From Methanobacteriota archaeon (GTDB lineage: Archaea > Thermoplasmatota > Poseidoniia > Poseidoniales > Thalassarchaeaceae), in the NCBI GenBank assembly GCA_002708695.1, contig PAOZ01000044.1, positions 1-55,526 on the forward strand: a stretch of 55,526 nt of DNA. Direction: 5' to 3'. Made by a program: the position numbers and the translations under genes. Within the stretch, counting starts at the first letter, position 1. The number at the start of each line of letters is the position of its first letter. Below, in pieces: positions 20,320 to 30,064 of this stretch. The notes under the pieces were generated by a model. It saw only the letters and a program-made list of their open reading frames with translations, was not told where the DNA came from and ran no database searches.

Positions 20320-21465
20320 TTATTGCCCCGTCATTTCGTTTACAGCATCCAATAAAATAGGATTATTGGTAAAATATTCCTCTATGGGTGCAAGAATTTC
20401 TGCCAATCCATGGGCTACAGCCATTTTTGCATCGAATGGATGCACTGAATCATTTCCTATAGCTTCAATCAGTGCATTAAGATCTGACCAAGATGAAGGT
20501 TCTCCAAATTCTGGTTTTGGATTTACATATAATTTCTCGTTCCTAGGCAAAATCACATATTTTGCAATTTCAAATACAGGTGAATCGGGATTACCTGGCT
20601 CAAGGAATGCTTTACGAAACTTCTTTTCCAATTTCTTTGGACTATCGTGAAGCAATACTGCATTATTTGGGTCTGATTTTGACATTTTATGGTCGAACGA
20701 ATCCATTCTTCCACCTCCTCTTCCCTTTAATCCTGACAACATAGGTGTGTGGATGCATGTTGCTTTTATCCAATGGTTTCTATCTCCTACTTCTCTCATG
20801 TACATGTGTGCTTTTCGTTGGTCCATTCCTCCGAATGCGATATCCACATCTAACTCAAAAATATCTGCCGCTTGCATTGCAGGGTAGAAGAAAGCCGATA
20901 AATCATCATCCGAGGAATCTTCGCTTCTTCCCATAATACTGAAAGTTCTTCGTGCTCTTGAAAGACTCATTCCCTTTGAACACCGAAGAACTCTTTCCCA
21001 ATATTTTCCTGAATCCATTAATTGACTAGCTTTCATGAAACGTATTTGACCGCCTTTGTCACCTTCTTCAGGGAATCCAAGAAGAACTCGAAATACTTCT
21101 GACATATACTCTCCAGCAATGGAGATTTTGTCCATATCTCTGCCGAACTTGTCATTTACCCAAGCATGCCAATCTGCTAAGAAAACAAGTACGTTCACAC
21201 CGTTATCTAACATTTTTCTGATTGTATCTGCGAGTATTATCCATCCTAGATGTGCTTTTCCACTTGGCTCAAGTCCGATATATGCTCGTAAAACATCATC
21301 TCCACCATGCGACTTTTCTCCATTCATAACAGATATTACATGTTCCAGTCCTACTATTTCTTCAACTCCACTGAACATAGAAGCGATTCGTTCTCTATTT
21401 TCGGGAGTTAGTTCTGAAGACCCCTTAGTCTCCTGAAGGAGCCTTGCGAAATCCTCTGGGCTCAT
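20320..21465 (-). CDS. tyrS: Tyrosine--tRNA ligase (archaeal type)
   Basis: YIGLEPSGKAHLGW, LADWHAWVNDK, YPAMQAAD, GGMDQRKAH, KMSKS. Confidence 0.95.
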   Translation of the reverse strand: MSPEDFARLLQETKGSSELTPENRERIASMFSGVEEIVGLEHVISVMNGEKSHGGDDVLRAYIGLEPSGKAHLGWIILADTIRKMLDNGVNVLVFLADWHAWVNDKFGRDMDKISIAGEYMSEVFRVLLGFPEEGDKGGQIRFMKASQLMDSGKYWERVLRCSKGMSLSRARRTFSIMGRSEDSSDDDLSAFFYPAMQAADIFELDVDIAFGGMDQRKAHMYMREVGDRNHWIKATCIHTPMLSGLKGRGGGRMDSFDHKMSKSDPNNAVLLHDSPKKLEKKFRKAFLEPGNPDSPVFEIAKYVILPRNEKLYVNPKPEFGEPSSWSDLNALIEAIGNDSVHPFDAKMAVAHGLAEILAPIEEYFTNNPILLDAVNEMTGQ

Positions 21466-21475
21466 CGGATTTACC

Positions 21476-21991
21476 TCATTTATTCAGCAACTTCGATAAT
21501 TTTTCACCGCGTCCAGCGGCTTTGGTATTGTCGCCTGCTTCAAGCGCTGCTTCAATTTCTTGGATTAATTCCTCTGCCTTGTCAATAGTCTCTTGGGGGA
21601 GATTCTTTGCTAAAGTCATGAAATGTTTTGCGGCTGAAATAGATGATTTTGCCTTATTCGCCTTTTTCCCCCATTCTTTTGCTTTATCTCCGCGTTTCTT
21701 TGAGTCATATCCTGTTGACTCGTCTAAAAATTGGGTCCAACGTAATCTGTCTTCACGTGCTGATTTCATGGCATCCGCGTTTGAGAAATCTGGTTTTTCA
21801 TTATCTACCTCTACAATTAGGGCGTCTCCTAGATAATGAGCTTCGATACTTTTCATTATTCCATGAGATCCTCTAAATGCGTTTTCTCCAGTCGATTCTA
21901 CGTTGTCAAAATATTTCTTTGCTAATTCAGCCAATCCGCCACTTGCTGTGACTTCCTTGACCTTACCTCTAGTCGTCGAGAAGCGTTCCAT
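21476..21991 (-). CDS. Conserved archaeal hypothetical protein (DUF5611-like) with helical C-terminal extension
   Basis: WTQFLDESTGYDSKKR motif; GGAGG RBS before ATG at 21991. Confidence 0.65.
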   Translation of the reverse strand: MERFSTTRGKVKEVTASGGLAELAKKYFDNVESTGENAFRGSHGIMKSIEAHYLGDALIVEVDNEKPDFSNADAMKSAREDRLRWTQFLDESTGYDSKKRGDKAKEWGKKANKAKSSISAAKHFMTLAKNLPQETIDKAEELIQEIEAALEAGDNTKAAGRGEKLSKLLNK

Positions 21992-22069
21992 GTCCCCTCC
22001 GGTGTAGAGGAAGGACTTGAATCCTCCCCGAGTTCTCAAATTTAGATTGACCGTTCACATGATGAAGTC

Positions 22070-23308
22070 ATGCGTCTACCGAGGGGCATGGGGCGAGGGC
22101 ATCGGCAAGTGGTCTTAGCCCTGATGATGACCTTCTTTTTTGCTTCTGTTCAGGCAGAATCAGTCGTCGAATCGAATACCTTAGTTTCTATTTCGGAGGA
22201 CCCAGTCTTCCTCAACGCTCTTGATTCAAACGATAAGGAATCGTTGGCGGTTGGAGATGATGGCGTTGTTTTCTTAATTCCCAATGACGACCCAGAATCA
22301 TCTGTTGAATTGGATTCAATAACCGATCAGAATCTTAATGCATTAGATTTCCATCCTTCTGGAAATGCCTTTATTGTTGGAGATACAGGAAGAGTTCTTC
22401 GATATGATTACCAAGATCAACGACTCTCCAATGTGTCTGGAACTGGATTGGTAGAAATTAGCACATTAACTGCAGTAGCATGGAATACCAATGGAGCTTG
22501 GGCCTATATTTCTGCGGATTCGGGTAGAATTTGGAGATTCCGTTCTTTGGTCGATGGAGGAGAGATGTATGCATTGGAAAATACTCGAGAGAGTTCTGTA
22601 ACTGCGATTGATTGTCATCCTGTTGTTCGACTTTGTGTAGTTTCTACCGAATCAGATGGAATAGGAATTATTGATGATAATCATGAACTCATTTGGTTAG
22701 GCGGAGGAGCAGTAATTTGGAATGATTTGGAATGTGGCTCTGGGAATATTGCTGTTTGTGTTGCTGTAGGTTCTAATCGCAATATTGGAACAATTCGTCT
22801 CGATGATTCTACTCAGGGCGAATCAATTTTGGATGCAGTAATTCTTAGTAATCTATCTGGAGAATTTACAAAAATTTGTGGCCATAGTGAAAATAGAATG
22901 ATGATTGCTACAATTCCGTTCGGTTTAATTGATCATCGTCCTGAATCTGAAGAATCATTTCCTTGGTATGATCATGTAGATGCTGCAAATCAACATCTTG
23001 ATGTTGTAACTCGCCCGATTGTTTGTACTTGGAGTACAACAGAGGCCGAGGGATGGATTTTGAATTCTAGAGGTAATGCAATAAATTTCGTTCCAATTGA
23101 AATTGATGATCCTTTGCTTACTAGTCTAGCTGGCTACGCTTTGGCTGTTGTTGTTGTGATTAGCGTACCTGGAATTGTCTTGGGATTAATTTTCATGAAT
23201 AGCCCTAAAATGCAGGCTTCATACAATAGATGGAGACGAAATCGTAAGGGGATTGAACCTTCTTTGAAAGATAAGAGAGAGCAAAGGAGGAAGCGCGACC
23301 GGTCATAG
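22070..23308 (+). CDS. Secreted beta-propeller protein with C-terminal membrane anchor
   Basis: Signal peptide, repeated AVGDDG/IVGDTG and ALDFHP/AVAWN blades, C-terminal TM followed by a basic tail. Confidence 0.7.
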   Translation: MRLPRGMGRGHRQVVLALMMTFFFASVQAESVVESNTLVSISEDPVFLNALDSNDKESLAVGDDGVVFLIPNDDPESSVELDSITDQNLNALDFHPSGNAFIVGDTGRVLRYDYQDQRLSNVSGTGLVEISTLTAVAWNTNGAWAYISADSGRIWRFRSLVDGGEMYALENTRESSVTAIDCHPVVRLCVVSTESDGIGIIDDNHELIWLGGGAVIWNDLECGSGNIAVCVAVGSNRNIGTIRLDDSTQGESILDAVILSNLSGEFTKICGHSENRMMIATIPFGLIDHRPESEESFPWYDHVDAANQHLDVVTRPIVCTWSTTEAEGWILNSRGNAINFVPIEIDDPLLTSLAGYALAVVVVISVPGIVLGLIFMNSPKMQASYNRWRRNRKGIEPSLKDKREQRRKRDRS

Positions 23309-23367
23309 TCAATCATCGGTAAGGTTCAAGCGGCGCTCTCAAAGGCGATACACTAGGAGAGTTAGAG

Positions 23368-24543
23368 ATGGCGTACGAAGCCTTGGATTTCTTTGATGTA
23401 GACAAAATGCTGAATGAAGAGGAGATTATGCTTAGAGACATGGTCCGAGATTGGGTAGACGAAAAGGTAATTCCTAATATTGAAAAGGCATACAATGAAG
23501 CCTATTTCCCTGAAGAATGGATCAAAGATTTAGGCGAAATGGGTGTTCTAGGAATGGTCGTTCCCGAGGAATACGGGTGCGCTGGAATGTCATACACCGC
23601 ATATGGTGTTGTATGTCGAGAATTAGAGCGTGGCGATTCCGGTTTGCGTTCTTTTTGTAGTGTCCAAGGGTCTCTTTCCATGCATCCAATTCACAAATTT
23701 GGTACAGAGGAACAGAAACATAAGTATCTACCAAAAATGGCCACAGGAGAAATCATTGGTTGTTTTGGTTTAACAGAACCAGATTATGGCTCCAATCCTG
23801 GTGGAATGGTCACTAAAGCAGAGAAGGTGGATGGAGGATATATCTTGAATGGAGCAAAGATGTGGATTACAAATGGAACCGTCGCAGATATCGCGATAGT
23901 TTGGGCAAAATTAGATGGCGTAATTCGAGGATTTATTGTAGAAAAGGATGATGAAGGATTTAGTGCGCCTGAACAAAAAGGAAAACATTCTCTTCGAGCC
24001 TCTGTAACCTCTGAATTGGTGCTTCAGGATGTATTCGTTCCTGAGGATAGATATTTGCCTGGCGCTAAAGGTCTAGGTGGTCCATTTTCTTGTTTGAATC
24101 GGGCTCGTTATGGAATTGCTTGGGGCTCAATTGGTTCTGCTCAGGCTTGTTTTGATGCGGCCAAGAAATATTCAATGGAAAGAATTCAATTCGACCATCC
24201 TATCGCTGCATATCAACTAATTCAAATGAAACTTGCAACTATGCTTAGAGAAATTACCAAAGGACAACTCCTAGCTTATCATCTTGGACGAAGAGTCGAT
24301 GAAGATGATTGGTTCCCTGAAATGATTAGTTTAGCGAAAATGAATAATGTTGACATTGCTCTCGATATCGCTAGGGTTGCTAGAGATATTCATGGCGCCA
24401 ATGGAGTTACTGACGAATATCCAATAATGCGTCATATGAATAATCTTGAATCGGTGAAAACTTACGAAGGAACTCATGACATTCATAATTTAATTCTAGC
24501 TCGCCATATCACTGGCATCCAGTCTTTCACTCGAAAATTATGA
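23368..24543 (+). CDS. gcdH: Glutaryl-CoA dehydrogenase-like acyl-CoA dehydrogenase
   Basis: ELERGDSGLRSFCSVQGSL, GCFGLTEPDYGSNP, SLRASVT, CLNRARYGIAWG, NLESVKTYEGTHDIH. Confidence 0.88.
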   Translation: MAYEALDFFDVDKMLNEEEIMLRDMVRDWVDEKVIPNIEKAYNEAYFPEEWIKDLGEMGVLGMVVPEEYGCAGMSYTAYGVVCRELERGDSGLRSFCSVQGSLSMHPIHKFGTEEQKHKYLPKMATGEIIGCFGLTEPDYGSNPGGMVTKAEKVDGGYILNGAKMWITNGTVADIAIVWAKLDGVIRGFIVEKDDEGFSAPEQKGKHSLRASVTSELVLQDVFVPEDRYLPGAKGLGGPFSCLNRARYGIAWGSIGSAQACFDAAKKYSMERIQFDHPIAAYQLIQMKLATMLREITKGQLLAYHLGRRVDEDDWFPEMISLAKMNNVDIALDIARVARDIHGANGVTDEYPIMRHMNNLESVKTYEGTHDIHNLILARHITGIQSFTRKL

Positions 24544-24551
24544 GGGATTAA

Positions 24552-25178
24552 ATGCGCCCTGCCGTTGATGTTTTCAGTGAATGGGCAGATATTGGTAAAG
24601 ACGAAGGAATGGAAAGAGGACATACACCTGCTGTTCAAGAGATATTGGATGCTGCATTTGATGCGATGCCATCAGAATCGATAGAAAGAGGGTTCTCTGC
24701 AATTGATGCAGGTTGTGGAAATGGATGGGTAGTCAGATTATTTTCTAGACTCGAAAATTGTTCCATGGCACTTGGAGTTGATGGTGCAGAATCAATGGTG
24801 TTAAGAGCATTGGAGAAAGATCCTGAAGGGAAGTATTTTCATGCTAATCTAAGTACATGGTCTCCTCCAGAAATGGTTGATTTAGTTCATTCAATGGAGG
24901 TTTTGTATTATCTGGATGATATTCCCGATTTTTTGAATCGAGTTAGAGAAGAATGGTTGGTTTCAGGAGGTATTCTTGCTTTTGGAGTAGATCATTATGC
25001 AGAAAATAAGGATAGTTTGGATTGGCCAGAGAAGGTAGGAGTTCGTATGGCGACTCATTCTGAACAAGAGTGGGCATCTATGATTCAACAGGCAGGCTTT
25101 GAAATTTTGAAATGTTTTAGAGCCGCTACCAATGATAATTGGGCCGGAACATTGTCTTTTATTGCCCGAAGAATATGA
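24552..25178 (+). CDS. Class I SAM-dependent methyltransferase
   Basis: IDAGCGNGW, GVDGA, SMEVLYY motifs. Confidence 0.9.
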   Translation: MRPAVDVFSEWADIGKDEGMERGHTPAVQEILDAAFDAMPSESIERGFSAIDAGCGNGWVVRLFSRLENCSMALGVDGAESMVLRALEKDPEGKYFHANLSTWSPPEMVDLVHSMEVLYYLDDIPDFLNRVREEWLVSGGILAFGVDHYAENKDSLDWPEKVGVRMATHSEQEWASMIQQAGFEILKCFRAATNDNWAGTLSFIARRI

Positions 25179-25235
25179 AAATATTGACGATTATTCAATG
25201 CGTGATGATTATGAAAGGGAACTCATGGGCGTCTC

Positions 25236-26996
25236 ATGGCCGCACAGCCAAAGTCCCCCGAGGCGGTTCTTCTTACCAATTTGGATAATAATATTGAGAG
25301 CGACTCTTCCTCAATTTTTCAATTACTTACTCATTTTAAAATTAACATGATTTCTCTTGATTGGGTAAGAGGATTTTCACTAAGAAAGATGGTATATTCG
25401 CTATCTGTGTTGTATATCTTTTGGATGTTTGCAAAACATGGTGTCAAGGCCTTGATGGTGACTGAGAAATACCTACCTGTTGTATCGGTAATATTCCCCG
25501 CAGATTTTGCTCCCGCTGTATTGATTGTGGTTGGATTAATTGATATCAGTATAGCGTGTATGTTACTTGTTCGCAATCAACCATGGGTTTTGATTTATGC
25601 TGGTATTTATCCCTTCATTCCATTGAGCCTAACTTTTATCGCTACAGGTGAACTTGAATTGTTTGGAAAATTTTTGATATTCTCTCTATCAGTTTTTGCT
25701 TTATTTGCTGCCCCCGTAGAAACTAATATCATCGAATCGTTTTTTTCAAGCAGAGAGTATACTCCTAAGCGACTATTAGCATCATTAAGTGTTGCCATTT
25801 TACTTATTCTCACTTCCACATTATCTGTGTATTTTGTTGCTAATTCATCTGATGGAGTAGTGGAAGAAATTTTGGTTGAAGAAGATGATTGGAGAACCTA
25901 CTCAGTCGTTGCTCCAATAGATACTGGAATCAATGTCTATCATGAGCATTTTATCCTAAATGAGACCCTTCCTGATTGGTTATTAGAGGGTCTTGGAGTA
26001 ACGATGTGGTGTAATTTGACCCTTGAAGGAACTTGGCAGGAGCGTTACGAGGCTGATCAGGAATCCTGCTGGGATATCATTACTTCTACAGACATTGTCT
26101 ATTTCTTAGGTACACGAATTATTGGTACAACTCCTGATGATGGAACTGATATACCAATCTTAGACGATCCTTCAGATGGGCATGGTACTGCAGTAACTGG
26201 AGCAGTTTTGGATGCAAATCCCGATGCAATAATTTTCTTTGTTGAAGGATTCAGTGATGCTGCAGTATTAGCTGCGGCCAATCAACCACTAGTCGATATT
26301 ATTTCGACCTCATTTGGGCCAATAGGTAGTGTACCAGTATCAGGTATAGAAGACGCAACTAGGGTTGCAGTAGTTGAAAATCATAAAGTTCACACCGGTG
26401 CAGCTGACAATTCTCCTTCTCCTGCTGTTCAAGACTCTACAGCTGGACCTCCTTGGTCAATAGGTATTTCTGGTTATGCAGAAGAAGGCGATGATCAAAA
26501 GGAGATAATGAGTGGTTCGTATCCAGATATTGCTGCTGATTGGACACAAATGTTACCTAATCATGATGACATAGATGGTTATCATGAGACTTCAGGGACC
26601 TCATTTGCAACTCCTAGGACTGCGGGAATTCTCAGTCTTGTATTGACTCAACTAAGAGATTTAGGAGAGGATATGGGTTCAGGAGCATCTTCTGAAAGAG
26701 ATGGTTTGTTAGTCAATGGCACTAATCTTTCAGTTTCTAATCAGAATCTTAGAGAGGCATTGAATCTCTCGGCTTGGTATCCTGGTTTTTCTACATGGGA
26801 TCCTACTTCCGGTACGGCTCCAATCTCGCCTATTGCTCCATGTACTCAAGTAGGTTGGGGGGTAGTGAATATGTCTAATGTGGAACCTATGTATTCACAC
26901 CTAGCTGGCATTGAATTAATGCCCAATCGTCCTTCTGATGTAGTTGCCTGTATGGAAGCGAATCAAGCCATTCGTGAAGCGTATTGGGGTGATTAG
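25236..26996 (+). CDS. S8 (subtilisin-like) serine peptidase with multi-TM N-terminal domain
   Basis: Catalytic triad motifs IDTG, GHGT, SGTSFATP; first ~200 aa contain about five hydrophobic helices. Start uncertain. Confidence 0.82.
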   Translation: MAAQPKSPEAVLLTNLDNNIESDSSSIFQLLTHFKINMISLDWVRGFSLRKMVYSLSVLYIFWMFAKHGVKALMVTEKYLPVVSVIFPADFAPAVLIVVGLIDISIACMLLVRNQPWVLIYAGIYPFIPLSLTFIATGELELFGKFLIFSLSVFALFAAPVETNIIESFFSSREYTPKRLLASLSVAILLILTSTLSVYFVANSSDGVVEEILVEEDDWRTYSVVAPIDTGINVYHEHFILNETLPDWLLEGLGVTMWCNLTLEGTWQERYEADQESCWDIITSTDIVYFLGTRIIGTTPDDGTDIPILDDPSDGHGTAVTGAVLDANPDAIIFFVEGFSDAAVLAAANQPLVDIISTSFGPIGSVPVSGIEDATRVAVVENHKVHTGAADNSPSPAVQDSTAGPPWSIGISGYAEEGDDQKEIMSGSYPDIAADWTQMLPNHDDIDGYHETSGTSFATPRTAGILSLVLTQLRDLGEDMGSGASSERDGLLVNGTNLSVSNQNLREALNLSAWYPGFSTWDPTSGTAPISPIAPCTQVGWGVVNMSNVEPMYSHLAGIELMPNRPSDVVACMEANQAIREAYWGD

Positions 26997-27468
26997 CGTT
27001 ATTTCTGGAATTATTGCATCAATCAATGTTAATCCAAAGGGTGGTGTCCCCAAGTTCCCTATTGAATCAACTAAACTTTGTTTTACAGGAGTTGAAGGGG
27101 ATCGTCAGAATGATCTCAAACACCATGGTGGGCCTGAAAGAGCAGTTTGCATTTATTCATTGGAGTTAATTGATGCATTAATTCACGAGGGCCACTCAAT
27201 TAATGAGGGAGCAGTAGGAGAGAATCTGACCATTTCAGGTATCGATTGGTCGAGATTAAAATCAGGTTCTATTTTGTCTATTGGTGAATCTGAAATAGAA
27301 ATCACCTATTCTGCAACTCCATGTAAAACAATTGCACATGTATTTTCTGATTCCTATTTTTCACGAATTAGTGAAAAAAAACATCCCGGTTGGTCTCGTT
27401 TCTATGCTCGTGTAATAATCGAAGGTACAGTGAAAAAGGGCGATATTGTACAATTCATTGATAGGTGA
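26989..27468 (+). CDS. MOSC-domain protein (YiiM-like)
   Basis: GGVPK, GVEGD, HHGGPERAVC, GENLT, PC, GWSRFYARV...G.VKKGD. GTG start overlaps the upstream stop. Confidence 0.88.
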   Translation: MISVISGIIASINVNPKGGVPKFPIESTKLCFTGVEGDRQNDLKHHGGPERAVCIYSLELIDALIHEGHSINEGAVGENLTISGIDWSRLKSGSILSIGESEIEITYSATPCKTIAHVFSDSYFSRISEKKHPGWSRFYARVIIEGTVKKGDIVQFIDR

Positions 27469-27474
27469 GATTAG

Positions 27475-28299
27475 ATGTCTAATGATCAACCAAATGTTGT
27501 GAAAGGCACAGAAGATGTATTGGATAAGATTGCTGATAGGTTATCTACTCCTTGGCCATTAATATGGGGTCTTGCATGGAAGCAAAGACATTTTCTTGGA
27601 GGAAATTGGTTCCTGATTCATATCTTGATTTTTGGATTAATTGGTATCGCCTTTCCATATTTTTCTTCTAATCAATTTGTTGCAGCCAATGGTGTAACTG
27701 TGTGGGACCCAGAGATTGCAATAGATCGATTAATTCCAGTTATTCCGTGGATGGTCGTCCCTTACATGGCATTATATCTTTACTATCCAGTGACTTTGTT
27801 TTGTACACCTAAAGATGACGTATCTCGATTAGAATTGATAGTAGGTGTGCAAATGCTTTCTTTAGCAACATTAGGTTGTACTGTAATTTTCCTTGTTTTA
27901 CCAGTAGAAATTGATATGCGTGACCAAATACCAAGTGATGTTCTGCAGGGAGATGGGTTGTACAGTACTCTTTTTTCATATATGCATGCAATGGATGAAC
28001 CATGGAATGCTTGGCCCAGTATTCACATTGCTCACTCTTACTTTTTGACAAGGTCAATTAGTAGATGGATGAAAATCAGATCTGCTGAATCTAGATTAGT
28101 TAAAGGATTTATTTCACTTGTATGGATTGAATTTTTCTTACTTAGCATTAGCACCATGACAACGAAACAACACTATGTATGGGATCTTTTTACAGGACTG
28201 ATTGTAGGAATTATTGGTTGGAAAATTGCTATCAGAGCATTGGAAAAAATTAGGAAATTACCTGAGGAAAAATTACACCCTTATCCTGAAAATCATTGA
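27475..28299 (+). CDS. PAP2-superfamily membrane phosphatase/phosphotransferase
   Basis: IDRLIP, D.PWNAWPSIH, STMTTKQHYVWD motifs; multiple TM helices. Confidence 0.82.
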   Translation: MSNDQPNVVKGTEDVLDKIADRLSTPWPLIWGLAWKQRHFLGGNWFLIHILIFGLIGIAFPYFSSNQFVAANGVTVWDPEIAIDRLIPVIPWMVVPYMALYLYYPVTLFCTPKDDVSRLELIVGVQMLSLATLGCTVIFLVLPVEIDMRDQIPSDVLQGDGLYSTLFSYMHAMDEPWNAWPSIHIAHSYFLTRSISRWMKIRSAESRLVKGFISLVWIEFFLLSISTMTTKQHYVWDLFTGLIVGIIGWKIAIRALEKIRKLPEEKLHPYPENH

Positions 28300-28373
28300 A
28301 ATTGAAAATTTTATTCAAGCCTAATCTTGATAGAGGCGTTTTCATTCGCCGGTCTAACAGAGAAGGTGAGATC

Positions 28374-29135
28374 ATGGATATAGCCGTTCTAATCAAGTAC
28401 GTCCCGGACACAACTGCAAAGATTTCCATTAGTGGTGGTCGAGTTGATGAATCAAATGTTAGTAAATGGTCAATTAGTCCATTTGATGAGTATGCTCTTG
28501 AAGCGGCATTATCCATGAAGGACACTTCTGGTGCGAAGGTAACTGCAATTACTTGTGGCCCCGCACGTTCCGAAAAAGGACTTAGAGATGCAGCAGCTGT
28601 TGGTGCTGATGCACTAGTTCATATTGTAATAGATGACCTTATGTCATTAGATTCAACAAAAATCCAAGGATTATTGGCAGCAGCTGTTAAGCAGACCGGA
28701 GCTGAAGTTGTTTTCTGTGGAAAACAGGCTGCTGATACCAACTCAGGAAGTACTGGCCCTGGTGTTGCCGAATTAATTGGAGCCGCTTGCGTAACTAATG
28801 CTTCAGAAATTTCTGGTGAAGGAGGCGTATTTAGTGTATTGCGCCCTGCCTCTAATGGTTCAGAAAGAGTTGGTGTTAGTGCACCTTGCGTAGTTGCTTT
28901 TGACAAAACAACATCCGAGTTAAGAAGGCCGAATGTGAAAGGAATAATGATGGCTAAGAAGAAACCGATAGAATCGATGGACTCAGATTCATTGGGAGTT
29001 GATGTTTCAGGTTCCTCTGCTACTATTAATTCTCAATCTCCTCCAGATGAAAAGGCTCCTGGTCAAATGTTCGAAGGTGCAGATAGTATCTCGGAAGTAG
29101 TTCAGAAACTCAGGAATGAGGCAAAGGTGCTCTAG
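28374..29135 (+). CDS. etfB: Electron transfer flavoprotein beta subunit
   Basis: IKYVPD, SPFDEYALEAA, CGKQAADTNSG, RRPNVKGIMMAKKK; GGTGAG RBS before 28374. Confidence 0.95.
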   Translation: MDIAVLIKYVPDTTAKISISGGRVDESNVSKWSISPFDEYALEAALSMKDTSGAKVTAITCGPARSEKGLRDAAAVGADALVHIVIDDLMSLDSTKIQGLLAAAVKQTGAEVVFCGKQAADTNSGSTGPGVAELIGAACVTNASEISGEGGVFSVLRPASNGSERVGVSAPCVVAFDKTTSELRRPNVKGIMMAKKKPIESMDSDSLGVDVSGSSATINSQSPPDEKAPGQMFEGADSISEVVQKLRNEAKVL

Positions 29136-29146
29136 GTGGTGTAATA

Positions 29147-30064
29147 ATGGAAATAACAATAATTGCTGAAACAAATGATAACGGATTACATCCTGTAACT
29201 TCTCAGATGGTTGCTGCTGCAACATCTCTTGGAGCAAGCCCTACAATTCTTTGTCCCGGTGGCGTGGGTACAGATTCTGCAGCCTCTATTGAAGGAGTAG
29301 GGGCCGTAATTGGAGTTGAAGGAGATTGTTTTGCTTCTTTTGATGGTGGTGCTTGGTCCTCCGCTTTGAATAGCGCAATTTCTGGTGGCACTGTTTTCAC
29401 CGCTGCCACTGCAAATGGTCGAGAGGTTGCATCTCGTGTAGCTGCTTCCCGAGGGATTCCAGTAATTCAAGACGCAACTGGAGTTTCCGCTGGCTTAACC
29501 ATTTCACGTCCAATATATTCTGGAAAGGCAATGGAAGAAGTCAACGTTTCAGGAGATTGTGTAGTTAGTATCCGCCCTAATGCGTTCAGCCCCTCTGGAA
29601 CAGGTGGTACTGCATCAGTTTCTACTGTTAATCACTCCTCCGATGTTTCTGTAACGGTAATGGAGGCCATTGCAAAAGCGAGCGAGCGTCTAGATGTTTC
29701 AGATGCAGATATTGTAATATCTGGGGGTCGTGGAATGGGTAATATCGATAATTGGGCTCAATTGGAAGCAGTTGCAGATCAGATTGGTGCTGCTGTTGGA
29801 GCTTCAAGAGCAGTAGTGGATGAATGGGGACTATCTCACAGTATCCAAGTCGGTCAAACTGGAAAGGTAGTAACTCCTACTCTTTACATTGCAGTTGGTA
29901 TTTCGGGTGCAATTCAACATCTTGCTGGAATGCGGTCTTCGAAATATATTGTTGCAATAAATAAAGACGCAGACGCTCCAATTTTTGGAGTTGCAGATTA
30001 TGGTATTGTAGCAAACTGGGAAGATGCATTACCTGTATTGAAGGATGCTTTGTCTTCTCTTTGA
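29147..30064 (+). CDS. etfA: Electron transfer flavoprotein alpha subunit
   Basis: RPIYSGK, VISGGRG, GASRAVVD, QVGQTGK, GISGAIQHLAG, AINKDADAPIF. Confidence 0.96.
   Translation: MEITIIAETNDNGLHPVTSQMVAAATSLGASPTILCPGGVGTDSAASIEGVGAVIGVEGDCFASFDGGAWSSALNSAISGGTVFTAATANGREVASRVAASRGIPVIQDATGVSAGLTISRPIYSGKAMEEVNVSGDCVVSIRPNAFSPSGTGGTASVSTVNHSSDVSVTVMEAIAKASERLDVSDADIVISGGRGMGNIDNWAQLEAVADQIGAAVGASRAVVDEWGLSHSIQVGQTGKVVTPTLYIAVGISGAIQHLAGMRSSKYIVAINKDADAPIFGVADYGIVANWEDALPVLKDALSSL

Noticed and set aside
21995-22030. tRNA T-arm-like fragment on the minus strand (GGAGGATTCAAGTCCTTCC)
   Set aside because: Lacks the G53-C61 pair and the rest of a cloverleaf. TTCAAG sits 25-30 nt before the 21991 start, so it is more likely a promoter box.
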